20,834 nucleotides of DNA, taken from positions 1 to 20,834 of the forward strand of contig CAWBQK010000016.1 of assembly GCA_963791045.1 (NCBI GenBank). The letters run 5' to 3'. A program made the translations under genes and the position numbers. Below, one piece after another: positions 9,586-18,996 of this stretch. The notes below the pieces were generated by a model, which saw only the letters and a program-made list of their open reading frames with translations, made no database searches and was not told the origin of the DNA. The DNA comes from Candidatus Latescibacterota bacterium. GTDB lineage: Bacteria; Krumholzibacteriota; Krumholzibacteriia; WVZY01. How positions within the stretch are numbered: the first letter of the stretch is position 1; every line of letters starts with the position of its first letter.

Positions 9586-9999
9586 ATGGAACGCTTAAGA
9601 GTCCTTCTGGTGGACGATGAACAAGACATCGTGGATACGGTGAAATACAGCCTCGAACTTCGGGGTTACGATGTCGATGTCGCCTTCGATGGTCCCAGCG
9701 CCTTGACCCGGGCGCGCCAGGGCTCATACGATGCGATGATTCTCGATGTGATGCTGCCGGGGAAGAACGGTTACGAGGTCTCGCGGCTTCTCAAAGAAGA
9801 TATGGAGAACAAGACACTCGACCCGTTCGGTATCATCCTTTTTACAGCCAGAAAACTCGATAGCGAGTTCAGGGAGGAATTCGTGTCGACGTGGTCAAAA
9901 GCCGATGGTTGTATTTACAAGCCATTCGACATGGAAGTGTTGCTCGAAAAGATTGCGGAGATCGTCGATTCGGAGAAATCCGAACTCGTCGAATCTTGA
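9586..9999 (+). CDS. Single-domain response regulator (receiver)
   Basis: VLLVDDE, phospho-acceptor in ILDVMLP, FTAR and YKPFD. GGAG RBS at 9575-9578 supports the ATG at 9586. Confidence 0.92.
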   Translation: MERLRVLLVDDEQDIVDTVKYSLELRGYDVDVAFDGPSALTRARQGSYDAMILDVMLPGKNGYEVSRLLKEDMENKTLDPFGIILFTARKLDSEFREEFVSTWSKADGCIYKPFDMEVLLEKIAEIVDSEKSELVES

Positions 10000-10048
10000 T
10001 AACTCCCGCCTGGTTTGAAAAGTGTGTGACGGGTGTTCCTGCAAAGAG

Positions 10049-10086
10049 GCGAAAGGCCCTTCCTTAGTTTCGGAAGGGCCTTTCGC
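10049..10086. terminator. Hairpin, probable terminator between convergent genes
   Basis: Perfect 15-bp stem GCGAAAGGCCCTTCC / GGAAGGGCCTTTCGC with an 8-nt loop. Confidence 0.7.
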
Positions 10087-10171
10087 ACACGCGCAGTGTG
10101 GTTCAAAAGGGGGGTATGGTGGAAACACTATCCGCGAGCGGCAGCGCGGAAGGTGCTACGTATATGCGATA

Positions 10172-13100
10172 TCAACGTACGATCACCATCTTTTTTGTCA
10201 CTGCGGCATTCTTTGCTCTGATCTGATAGAAATAAACTCCGCTCGGCAAGACCTGGCCGTTCAGATCTCTTCCTGCGAAGGGGAATCGATTCCATCCCGG
10301 GGTCGCGCCGGACACCCTCTCGGTGTAGACACGCCGTCCCGCAACATCATAGATATTTATTTCGACATCGGACGCCGATGGGAGACCCACATCGAGATAG
10401 GTATTGTGCTTGAACGGGTTGGGTGAATTCTGCCGGACGGTGAGGGCCCGGATGCTCGGTGTTGTTTCAATCCCCACAATAGTGGCGAAGAACGTCCCGA
10501 GGATATTCATGTCGCCCGTCACAATAACCGTATCGGGAGTGGCGTCGCTTTCGAAATCATCCGACCATCCATAGAAGTAGTAACCCGAGTCGGGTTCCGC
10601 GGAGATCACGATCGTGTCGCCGTATAGATAGCTCGTTTCAATTGGCGTCATCTCAACCGTTCCGTTTCCGACTGCCAGCAGGGTCACCGTGAAAGCATCC
10701 TGTGTGAAGGTTGCCGTGACGGTCGTGTCGCTTTGGATTACGATCTTCGCCGGGTTGGTCTTTCCGGTCAGGCCGTCAGACCATTCGCCGAACTTCCACC
10801 CAGGATCAGGAATCGCTTCAAACGAAATGGTGTCACCGTCGGCGTAGAATTCCATGTCGGGATCGACCGTAATGGATCCGTTTCCGTTGACGGTTGTCGT
10901 GATCTGATAGAGTGCCTGCGCGAAATTAGCCGTTATCGTGATGTCACTAATCATGATCAACGTGTCGGGGTTTTGCGTCCCGCTTAGCCCTTCCGACCAC
11001 GCCATAAATACATAACCCGAGTCTGGAACCGCCGTGACCACGACGGTGTCCCCGAGTCCGTAGGTGAACTGATCGGGCGAGAGTTCGATCGAACCGCTGC
11101 CGAGTACATTCCGTGTGATTGAGTACTCGGGAATAATGAAGTTGGCGGTAATCGTCGAGTCGCTTTGCATCGCGATCGTGACCGGGTTCGTCGTCGAGGT
11201 GATTCCGCCGGTCCAGCCGGTGAAGGCCCAGCCCGGATCTGGTTCAGCGGTCAGTTCGACCAGCGCGCTGTCGGAGTACGCCGCATAATCCGGGATACGG
11301 GTCACGGCGCCGTTGCCCGTCACGTTCGTCGTCAAAACGTGGAGCGGGAACGATGCCAGCGGCGCGATGTCCACGTTTCCGAATGTCACGTCGGACATGT
11401 GACCGATGAGCACAACGGAACCGTCGTACGGTGCGAAATCATCCGCGAGCAGCCATTCGGTGGGTTCTGTCGTGCCCTCTTGCCAGAATTTGACTCCTAC
11501 GCGGCTCAAGCCCTCTCCAATCGTCTCGGAGCGCATCTTGAGGATATATTTCACGTCGGCCGACACGCTGAGGAATACTTCGCCGCGGCTGACCTCGTCG
11601 TCCTTGAGCTCAAAAACCGGGTCATCGGGGAAGTTCCGCAGCCACCCGATCGCCTGGTAACGGTTTTCCAGCCTGGGTTGGACGAGGACCGGACCGTCGA
11701 TACCGCCTCCGACGTGTCCGCGCCATCCAATAGCGATGCCGAAACCGGTATTGCCACCCAGATTGCCCGCGTGAATCGTCATAGGTACCGTGACCTCATA
11801 GTCGGTCATCCACGTGCGGTCACCCATAACAACGAAGCGGTCGTACCCGGTCCCGGCGGGATCGGTTCGAAGGCCGTCGGGAGTGAGGATCCAGCGGCCG
11901 TCACCCACATTTGCCACATCGGCGATCTCTGTGGCCGCCGACCAATCCGCAACGTACGGCATTTCCCAAGTGATTCCCGCCGTATAGTTGATCGTCACCA
12001 TTTTCTCGGTTTGTTCTCCGAGTGTGTCGATTGCCGTAATCACGAGAGCGTTGGCGCCCACGATAAGTTCTTCGTAATCGATTTCTACATTGTAGTCGCC
12101 GTAACTAACGAGTCGCTGACCGTCCGGACCCATATTCAGAGCGTAGCTTGGGCCGCCGTTCAGCGTGTAAGACAATGAGGCGATCGCGTCGGTGTCCCAC
12201 ACGTGACCGAGAATGTTCGCCCAACGCTGAGGCACGCCAAGTTGCCCGAAATTCTGTGTGTCCCCGTACCAGACTTCGACAACGGGTGGCGTCTCGGCGG
12301 ACGGATTTCCGCCGTCCTCGGGAACGATGGGTTCAAGGGCGTTGAAGAAGTAGTCCACGTTACCCGTGAACATTGGTGTCTCCCAATAATTCGCGCCGCC
12401 ACCGGTGTTGCTGAAAAACACACCGATCTTGGTCACGACCATTAATTGGTCGAAATCGGTAAATCGGGTCCAAACTTCGTCATCAAACGAGGAGCGGAGT
12501 TCGAAATTGTCACCGGTTCGGACAACACGCAAGAATCCGGGTGCGTCCGCGACACTGATGAGCCTTATTGTCGTCAGGACGCCCGCGTCAAAGTATCCGG
12601 CGAAAATTTGGGGGCCGGTGGAGGTATAGATGATTTCGAAACGGATGTACGTGTCCAGGTCTTCCTCTACAATGATCCCCTGTCCCTGGTAGGTCGCGAT
12701 TCCGCGTGAATCAAATTTTACCTCGACCTCGAAGTCGGTATCCGGCGCAACCTGCATCAAACGCGGCGCGAGATTGCCCGCCGCGGAGAGATTGTGTTTG
12801 ATTCCACCGGGGATGTTCACCGTGGCGTTGGTCCCGGACATTGTGAGCGTCGCATCGCCGAGTGGATCGACAAACTCCCATATGCTCGTGTCCAGCGTCG
12901 GTCCGTAGAAATCATCCGACGCGATGCCGGGGACGAATGTGGCCGTCACGCTGGTGTCGGCCAACATCATGATTGTGTCGGGGTTCATCCTGCCCGTGAG
13001 CCCATCGGACCATCCAAGGAACGCGTGGCCGGGGTCCGGGTCAGCCGTCAATACTACGTACGTGCTGTCGGCATGGAGCGTAAAGTCTGGATCCAGAGTG

Positions 13101-14800
13101 ATCGAGCCGTTTCCGACGACGCTCGTTGATATTTCGTGAACGACGGTTGGGACTTGTACGACCGACACGTCGCCAAAGGTCACATTGGCGTAGTCGGCGA
13201 CGAGCACTATCGAGCCATCATGTCTGTCGAAATCATAGGTCAGATCCCACGTGCCTGGTTCGAGTGTTCCGTCTTCCCAGAATTTCACGTCGACTTTGGC
13301 GAGACCGCCTCCGATCGATTGTGATCGAACTTTGAGGTTATAGGGCACGTTTGGAAGGACGGTGACGGGCATCTGCGCGCGGGTATCGTCATTGTCCTTC
13401 ATTATAAGAGTGGGGCTCGTGGGGAAATTCTCGATTCGTGCAAGCATCTGATACGGTTTCTGCAGGGCGGGACTGGTTGGGCCCTCGTGGCCCTGCCAAC
13501 CAACAATAACTCCGACACCGAGTACGCCGCCGAGATCGCCCTCGTGGATGGTCATCGGCACGGTGACCTCGTAGTCCGGTGTCCAGGTCATGTCTCCGAG
13601 AACGAGGTAGCGGTCATACCCGGTCGCGCTCGAATCGGTGGTCACACCCTGGCCGCTGAGATTCCAGCGTCCGTCTATCACCTGGGCGACATCGGGGATG
13701 GCGGTGGCCGTCGTGAAGGTCGCGTCGTAGGGAAGCGCCCACGTTACTCCGTCGGTATAATTAATCGTGACGGGATGGTCGGTTTGCTCGCCGAGCGTAT
13801 CGATGGCTGTGATGACAACACTATTCGCGCCGGAGGTCAGGTCCGCGTGATCGATTTCAATGTTGTAGTCACCGGTCTGGATAAGCCGGAAGCCGTCGGG
13901 CCCCTGGGGGAGAGCCGTGCTCGCGCCGCCGTTCAGCGTGTACGAGAGTGTGGCGATGTCATCGGTGTCCCAGACGGTCCCGAGAACGTTTATCGACCGT
14001 TGCGGGTTGCCGAGCTGGCCGAAGTTCTGGGTATCGCCGTACCAGACATCGACGACGGGGTACGTCGGAGCCGAAGGGTCTCCGTTGTCTTCCGGAACGA
14101 TCGGACTTGCTGTATTAAAGAAGTAATCGAGATCTGCGACGAATGGTGGTGTATTGTACTCGTCGGAAAGGGTGTTGCCGACGAATGGTCCGACTTCAGT
14201 GACGACCATCCCTCGCGTGAACGTGCCGGCGGAGGTCCATGCCGATCCGTCGTACGAGTACAAGAACTCCCATAATGTCCCGCTCCGGTTGACCTTGAGA
14301 TACGCCGGGATTCCGCCGGGGAGCGCCGCATTGATTTTGATCGAAGCCGGGTTGATCCCGTTTATGAAGCCGGCGAAAATCCTTGCGTTCGTCCCGTCGT
14401 GGCTGACGTCAAACCGAAGATATGTGTCCGCGTCTTCGTGTACGACAATGCCCTGGAACTGGTAGCGTGCCGATGGTCTCGAATCGTATTTTGCCTCGAC
14501 CTCGAAATTGGCGTCCGCAATTGTTTGCAGCAGCCGGGGCGCGCAGTTGCACGATTCCCAAAGGTTGTGTGAGACCCCGCCTGGAACGCGGATCAACAGG
14601 TTGGTGCCGCTCATTAGAAGCGTGGCGTCACCGACCGGATCCGAAAATGTCCACACCGGATCGAGTGATGTCGAGTAGAAATCGTCGGACTGGACGGCCT
14701 GTGCGTGGGCGTCCGACGGTGTGACGGATTTAGAGATAAACAGAAAAGCAGCGAGACTCGAGATCGCGAGCCAACGGTGCCATTGATTACCCCTGGACAT
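10172..14800 (-). CDS. Large secreted protein (1542 aa): two ~590-aa lectin/ConA-like + Ig-like modules, InlB B-repeat/Flg_new-type repeats, C-terminal FlgD-Ig/T9SS-like domain
   Basis: GGAGG RBS precedes ATG 14800, followed by a signal peptide (AHA-Q). Duplicated modules start at DDFY (14686 and 12916). Repeats have the form GNGxxxxxP...LTAxPDxGxxFxGWS. The C-terminus reads QNSPNPF...IYDVAGRRV...GRDLNGQVLPSGVYFY...KKMVIVR. Confidence 0.85.
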   Translation of the reverse strand: MSRGNQWHRWLAISSLAAFLFISKSVTPSDAHAQAVQSDDFYSTSLDPVWTFSDPVGDATLLMSGTNLLIRVPGGVSHNLWESCNCAPRLLQTIADANFEVEAKYDSRPSARYQFQGIVVHEDADTYLRFDVSHDGTNARIFAGFINGINPASIKINAALPGGIPAYLKVNRSGTLWEFLYSYDGSAWTSAGTFTRGMVVTEVGPFVGNTLSDEYNTPPFVADLDYFFNTASPIVPEDNGDPSAPTYPVVDVWYGDTQNFGQLGNPQRSINVLGTVWDTDDIATLSYTLNGGASTALPQGPDGFRLIQTGDYNIEIDHADLTSGANSVVITAIDTLGEQTDHPVTINYTDGVTWALPYDATFTTATAIPDVAQVIDGRWNLSGQGVTTDSSATGYDRYLVLGDMTWTPDYEVTVPMTIHEGDLGGVLGVGVIVGWQGHEGPTSPALQKPYQMLARIENFPTSPTLIMKDNDDTRAQMPVTVLPNVPYNLKVRSQSIGGGLAKVDVKFWEDGTLEPGTWDLTYDFDRHDGSIVLVADYANVTFGDVSVVQVPTVVHEISTSVVGNGSITLDPDFTLHADSTYVVLTADPDPGHAFLGWSDGLTGRMNPDTIMMLADTSVTATFVPGIASDDFYGPTLDTSIWEFVDPLGDATLTMSGTNATVNIPGGIKHNLSAAGNLAPRLMQVAPDTDFEVEVKFDSRGIATYQGQGIIVEEDLDTYIRFEIIYTSTGPQIFAGYFDAGVLTTIRLISVADAPGFLRVVRTGDNFELRSSFDDEVWTRFTDFDQLMVVTKIGVFFSNTGGGANYWETPMFTGNVDYFFNALEPIVPEDGGNPSAETPPVVEVWYGDTQNFGQLGVPQRWANILGHVWDTDAIASLSYTLNGGPSYALNMGPDGQRLVSYGDYNVEIDYEELIVGANALVITAIDTLGEQTEKMVTINYTAGITWEMPYVADWSAATEIADVANVGDGRWILTPDGLRTDPAGTGYDRFVVMGDRTWMTDYEVTVPMTIHAGNLGGNTGFGIAIGWRGHVGGGIDGPVLVQPRLENRYQAIGWLRNFPDDPVFELKDDEVSRGEVFLSVSADVKYILKMRSETIGEGLSRVGVKFWQEGTTEPTEWLLADDFAPYDGSVVLIGHMSDVTFGNVDIAPLASFPLHVLTTNVTGNGAVTRIPDYAAYSDSALVELTAEPDPGWAFTGWTGGITSTTNPVTIAMQSDSTITANFIIPEYSITRNVLGSGSIELSPDQFTYGLGDTVVVTAVPDSGYVFMAWSEGLSGTQNPDTLIMISDITITANFAQALYQITTTVNGNGSITVDPDMEFYADGDTISFEAIPDPGWKFGEWSDGLTGKTNPAKIVIQSDTTVTATFTQDAFTVTLLAVGNGTVEMTPIETSYLYGDTIVISAEPDSGYYFYGWSDDFESDATPDTVIVTGDMNILGTFFATIVGIETTPSIRALTVRQNSPNPFKHNTYLDVGLPSASDVEINIYDVAGRRVYTERVSGATPGWNRFPFAGRDLNGQVLPSGVYFYQIRAKNAAVTKKMVIVR

Positions 14801-15239
14801 TATGTGTGACCTCCGAAGTGTTAGTATTCGAGCCCGGGTGCAAACAGAATGCACCCTGCCGTTAGCTGACAATTGCAGGATCGAGACCGTTCGGGGGGGT
14901 ATTTTATCTTTGGCCGTATTTTAACTTATGTTGTCACAGTCGTTTACAGGCGCGCCTAATTCAACTCTACCAGAGAACGTGCGCTTTGTCGGACGCGTGG
15001 GCACATCACCCAAAGGTGCGGTTTGAGGGCGGAATTAGTGCGCGAACACACCCGTGAGGGGGGGCTTTGCGGTCTGTGGCGGAGAAATCGAACTCGCTGT
15101 TCCCGGTCGCGTATCGTTGCGCCTTTTGGCGGTCAATTCGTAACGCCGCCGTCGCGCAGAGGGAATCGCGCCTGATATCGCGGGGAATATATCCAACCCG
15201 CCGGCCTGGAGGGAGGGTCCCCCGCACAAAAGTCGGGCG

Positions 15240-15268
15240 TTGACAAATGGGGGATCGAATGGCAATAT
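15240..15268 (+). promoter_or_regulatory. sigma70-type promoter of the tRNA-Phe locus
   Basis: TTGACA, 17-bp spacer, then CAATAT with an extended -10 TG, about 90 bp upstream of the tRNA start. Confidence 0.55.
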
Positions 15269-15356
15269 ATTCGGGCCTGGCGGAAAAGAATTCACACTGG
15301 TCGCGGTCAGGGGCTTTGGGTGCGGGATGATGGGGCAGGACCGCGTGGCCATTGGT

Positions 15357-15397
15357 GCGAAGGTAGCTCAGTCGGTAGAGCAACGGATTGAAAATCC
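15357..15397 (+). tRNA. 5' half of tRNA-Phe(GAA), truncated after the anticodon loop (integration junction)
   Basis: GCGAAGG-TA-GCTC-AGTCGGTA-GAGC-A-ACGGA-TTGAAAA-TCC gives the acceptor 5' strand, D arm and anticodon arm with GAA. No variable loop, T arm or 3' acceptor strand follows. Confidence 0.85.
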
Positions 15398-15607
15398 AAT
15401 AAGTCCGTTTTTTTTGCCCACGTCCCAACCTCAAGTAACACACCTAATTCGTTGATCCCAAATTGATTATCTGCTCTGGAGTCGTTTGTTCGGCTTTGTG
15501 TCTTCATGCGTGGTTTTGCGGAAGTTTAGGGTCACCTATATGGACACAACCGATTCTGGTGACGAGTGGGCACATCACGGAATCGTGAAGCGACGAGAAA
15601 TTTCCTC

Positions 15608-15635
15608 TTGACAAAACCAAGTCTCAAGCTAGACT
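15608..15635 (+). promoter_or_regulatory. sigma70-type promoter, possibly for a leaderless transcript
   Basis: TTGACA, 16-bp spacer, TAGACT, with an ATG 7 nt downstream (15643) and no Shine-Dalgarno sequence. Confidence 0.5.
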
Positions 15636-15642
15636 AGCGACT

Positions 15643-16266
15643 ATGAGTAGTACCACTGAATGGAATGAAGTCCTTCGCAGGTTTGATGACTTGTTGGAAC
15701 GAGTTCGGTTGATGGCGACTAGAACTGTGTTCCGAGATTTCGAGAGTCAAAGATGAAGACTAATCGTGAACCTGGCTAGAACGTGGGATTCTCCGACCAG
15801 ATATGATTCGGAACCCGCCGGTCCATGGTACGCGTCGGTTGTATTCATAGGCGAAATTGCATTCAGATCGGTGTCGTCATCGCCTTCAGTCAACACGGTA
15901 TGCCGATGGCGACGGGAAGAGGCATTGGATCATTGGACCGGGCGGCTTTTACGATTGTTACACGAAAAAGGGTTTCGTTTTGGCATTAACTGCAGATCCG
16001 ATCCTTGACTGGTTTTTGATGAAGAACACCCGGTAACCTGAGCTCGAGATGGGGGCTTACGGGACATACAGCTTTTGGTGTATGACAAAACGAAAAACAT
16101 GGGCGAGCAACTTGAAAAGGTGTGGGGGATCGACGGGAAAAAAAGTGCGATTGAGAAGCGACCAGAAAAAGCAATGAAGGGCTGGAGCGTTAAAGTATGG
16201 GCTCCCGAACGATATGGCGTGACCACCGGTCATCACGCTGATCAGATGTGAACAAGTTTACGATAA
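15643..16266 (+). pseudogene. Interrupted hypothetical gene (begins MSSTTEWNEVLRRFDDLLERV)
   Basis: Promoter-linked ATG and coding-like sequence interrupted by TGA stops. No family recognised and the extent is uncertain. Confidence 0.3.
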
Positions 16267-16382
16267 GGTTCGGATTCGGCGTCTTTTCAGGGATGGTCAA
16301 CGGAGGCTTTCGACCCGAAATTGTCGCGGTGAGCGCATTTTTTTGGGATAGATAAGATCTATAAAGATAGACATGAGGTCTT

Positions 16383-16562
16383 ATGAATAGGCGATATTTG
16401 AACATCAAAGAGGCGTCAACCTATACGGGATATACGGCAGGGCACAATATACCAATTCGTATCGAACGCTTGATCCCCGTCATAAAGAAACGGGGGAGAC
16501 TTCGATTCGACATCCGAGAGCTCGACGAGTGGATGGCAACGAGACCGACAAGATGTTGTTGA
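16383..16562 (+). CDS. Excisionase-like HTH DNA-binding protein (HTH_17/Xis-like), 59 aa
   Basis: GAGG RBS, then MNRRYLNIKEASTYTGY...LIPVIKKRGRLRFDIRELDEWM. The middle reads TIYQFVS in a shifted frame, suggesting a compensating +1/-1 indel pair. Too short for the ORF track. Confidence 0.8.
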   Translation: MNRRYLNIKEASTYTGYTAGHNIPIRIERLIPVIKKRGRLRFDIRELDEWMATRPTRCC

Positions 16563-16597
16563 TGACACCCACATCTGGCCCTAACTCTGGGGAGCTT

Positions 16598-17860
16598 ATG
16601 GATCACGAATCAGATCAATCGATCAAGCGAGACCCGATCAAAGAACTCCAAGAGGAGGCTATTTGTTGGGCCCCACTGCGGAGCGCCGGAAAACTCGAAG
16701 TGTTGAACGACGCCATAGCTCAGTCCGCATGTGAGGCGCTCGTGGAACTCTCCGACGGGGGAAGGGAAGACAATTCTCAAGTTTGAAGTGGTATCCGGTC
16801 TGTCTAGGCCCGGAAAGAGTATCGCAAGCGAGTGAGAGACCTGGAAACGAAAGCGCCGAGACTCAGAGTCCGCTGACCTTTCCCTGCATATTGCCGACTA
16901 CCATGCCGAACTCACGCGGCTGTGCGAAGCGGGAGACACCGATGGCTATCTCGAAACCCTCCGTTCGTTTAAACCAACATCGAAATCATCTCGCCATTCA
17001 GCCGTACACACGCGCCAATTACGAAGTAGATACCCGGTCTCGTTGGAGAGGGTCTTTGCACTGGGTTTGCCGAGCTAGACATCGTACGTATCAATCCACC
17101 CCGAGTCGCTAACGATAATCGGCGCTCGCACGTCACACGGGAAAACGGCTCTCCTCGTCAACATCATGTGCCAACATGATCGACCCAGTACACGGAGAAG
17201 TCGTTTGCGTTTGTCTCGTATGAGCACAGCCAAGACTACAAGCGTGTACGTCCGAATGTTACAACGTGAGAGCGGGGGTGACCTCGAACGCTTTTCAAAA
17301 CGCGAGAGAGATACATCGGTACATCCGTGAAGGCATGAGAGCGACAACAGCGACCTGGAACGCGCCCGGGCCAAACTCGAGGAGCTTGGGAAAGACCGAA
17401 CGCCTCTACATAATAGACAAACCACACGCGGTCGAGGAGCTTGTCGGATGTCATCCGCGACTTGAAAACACAAGGCGTGGCTGCGGTCTTTGTGGACTAC
17501 ATCCAGCCAGATTCCCAGCGACCAAGTCTCTCCCCACGCGCCAGGCGACCATTCAATTCATCAGCGACCAACTCAAGAACGCCGCGAAGAGGTACCACGT
17601 CCCGATCATCGCCGCGTCGCAACTAAACCGGGAAGGCGGGAGACGATCCGCGTCTTGAGAATTTCAGGGAGAGCGATGACCAAACATCCGACGCGCACAC
17701 GGTCTTGTCGTTGGTCAATACCTCGATGACCGGTGATGAGGACGGAGACACCGCAACGCTCAAGATCAAGATTCTCAAAAACAGAGACGGCCAGGTGGGA
17801 CGGACGATCTTGCTTGGACTTCGAGCAACCGACACAACGCATTGTCACTGGGAGCGCAAC
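16598..17860 (+). pseudogene. DnaB-like SF4 replicative helicase (Pgp1-like), multiply frameshifted as sequenced
   Basis: Motifs appear in order across frames: GLCTGFAELD (17051), LTIIGARTSHGKT Walker A (17121), FAFVSYE, VFVDYIQ Walker B (17486), PIIAASQLNR (17601), KILKNRDG (17768). GGAG RBS precedes ATG 16598. The ends are approximate. Confidence 0.85.
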
Positions 17861-17871
17861 AGTGGGTGCGT

Positions 17872-18994
17872 GGTGATAACAAAAACAAACGTAAGGACGG
17901 CACATCGTCATTGAGTGGAATCCACACACCGATCCCGCGCCGGACATTGGTGGGCTTCTCAATGATCCGAGCATAGACAGGGAGAACATCGTCGTGGAGT
18001 TTAGCGGAAACAGGCGGGCGTATCACTTGCCAGCGGTCATTGACACGCGGCACAGGGCACCGATTCATCTTGAGGAGCAGAAGTTTCCCAAAGACCCATC
18101 GCGGTCGTTCTTCGGTGACCTGTCGCCCGGGGAACATAGTGGTGTTCGAGTCGTGGGGATCGATTACACGCCAGGACTTTGTCGAACGGTGAACGCGTTA
18201 CAGCTTCTGTTGGCCTCTCCCGATTGCCGAGCCAACATCCTCGACGAATGTTATCTCACGACGGACAACGTCTATCGGTATACAGGTGTCGTGCCGGGTT
18301 TGTCTTTTACGCCGTCCGCGTGGTTTAGGGCGTGGGGTGTTCGGGAGCATGTCGGGCCCGACGGCAAGAGGCGGTTTCAGGGATGGGAACGCGGCAAGGC
18401 GCTCGAGGCGTTACACGATTGGCCAACATGCCCTTTTATCTTTTGTACCGAAAGACGGCCACGGTTGACGGCAGGCGGAAGACGTTCACGGTCAAAACAC
18501 TCGAGCACATCATAAAGCTCTCCGAAGTGTTCGACGGGGAACTCACGGACCGCGACATCGTTTCCCTCAGTGGTTCCACTCACGACACTGTGTCGCCCGT
18601 CCTCATTGGCGTGCAGCTCAAACCGATTTGGGTGGACGGCATCGATAACTACTTCGTCTTAAAACCCCCGAGATACTTGAGCGAGATCCGCGAACACGCG
18701 AAGGGCTCCAAATTTCCGTATGGATTCATCGAACGACTTCTCATCGAGACAGCCAAGCGCCACCGAAAAGACAAGGGGCTCGTGATGGTTTCTAAGCCAC
18801 TCACGTTGGCGTCAGAGCTACGCATGGACGGGTGGATTCGGAAACGCCAGTGGAAGCGGATTCAGGACACGCTTGACTGGTGTGGAGAGATCGCCCAGGA
18901 GCTTGGTTACGTCGAACGGATTTCCACGCGCACCCGAGGTGGGGAACTGCGGTACGAGATCATCTTGAACCCGAGGAAGGTGACGGGTGACTAA
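17872..18994 (+). CDS. Homologue of Chlamydia plasmid protein Pgp2 (pGP2-D; putative replication initiator), frameshift near 18420
   Basis: Joining ORFs 17994-18515 and 18332-18994 gives colinear motifs matching recalled Pgp2: RAPIHLEEQKF, VVGID, ALQLLL, ALEALHDLANMPF, PIWVDGIDNYFVLKP, SKFPYGFIE, LASELRM..RQWKRI..CGEIAQELG. The start is uncertain (frame open from about 17895). Confidence 0.8.
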
Positions 18995-18996
18995 GG

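Noticed and set aside
14836-14890. Inverted repeat GGGTGCA-N7-TGCACCC and a weak GG-N10-GC upstream of the large secreted gene
   Set aside because: The match to the sigma54 consensus is poor and the 7-bp stem occurs once, which is not enough to call a regulatory site.
15672-15679. CCTTCGCA, complementary to the tRNA acceptor 5' strand (possible intron-split tRNA)
   Set aside because: No T arm (TTCGA loop) precedes it and no group I intron core is evident. An 8-bp match is plausible by chance.
15643-16266. Four in-frame TGA codons before a TAA, suggesting TGA recoding in the element
   Set aside because: The 19578-20015 gene ends K-TGA exactly where its neighbour ends K-TAA, so TGA acts as a stop here. 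Indels and GC-rich off-frame TGA explain the pattern.
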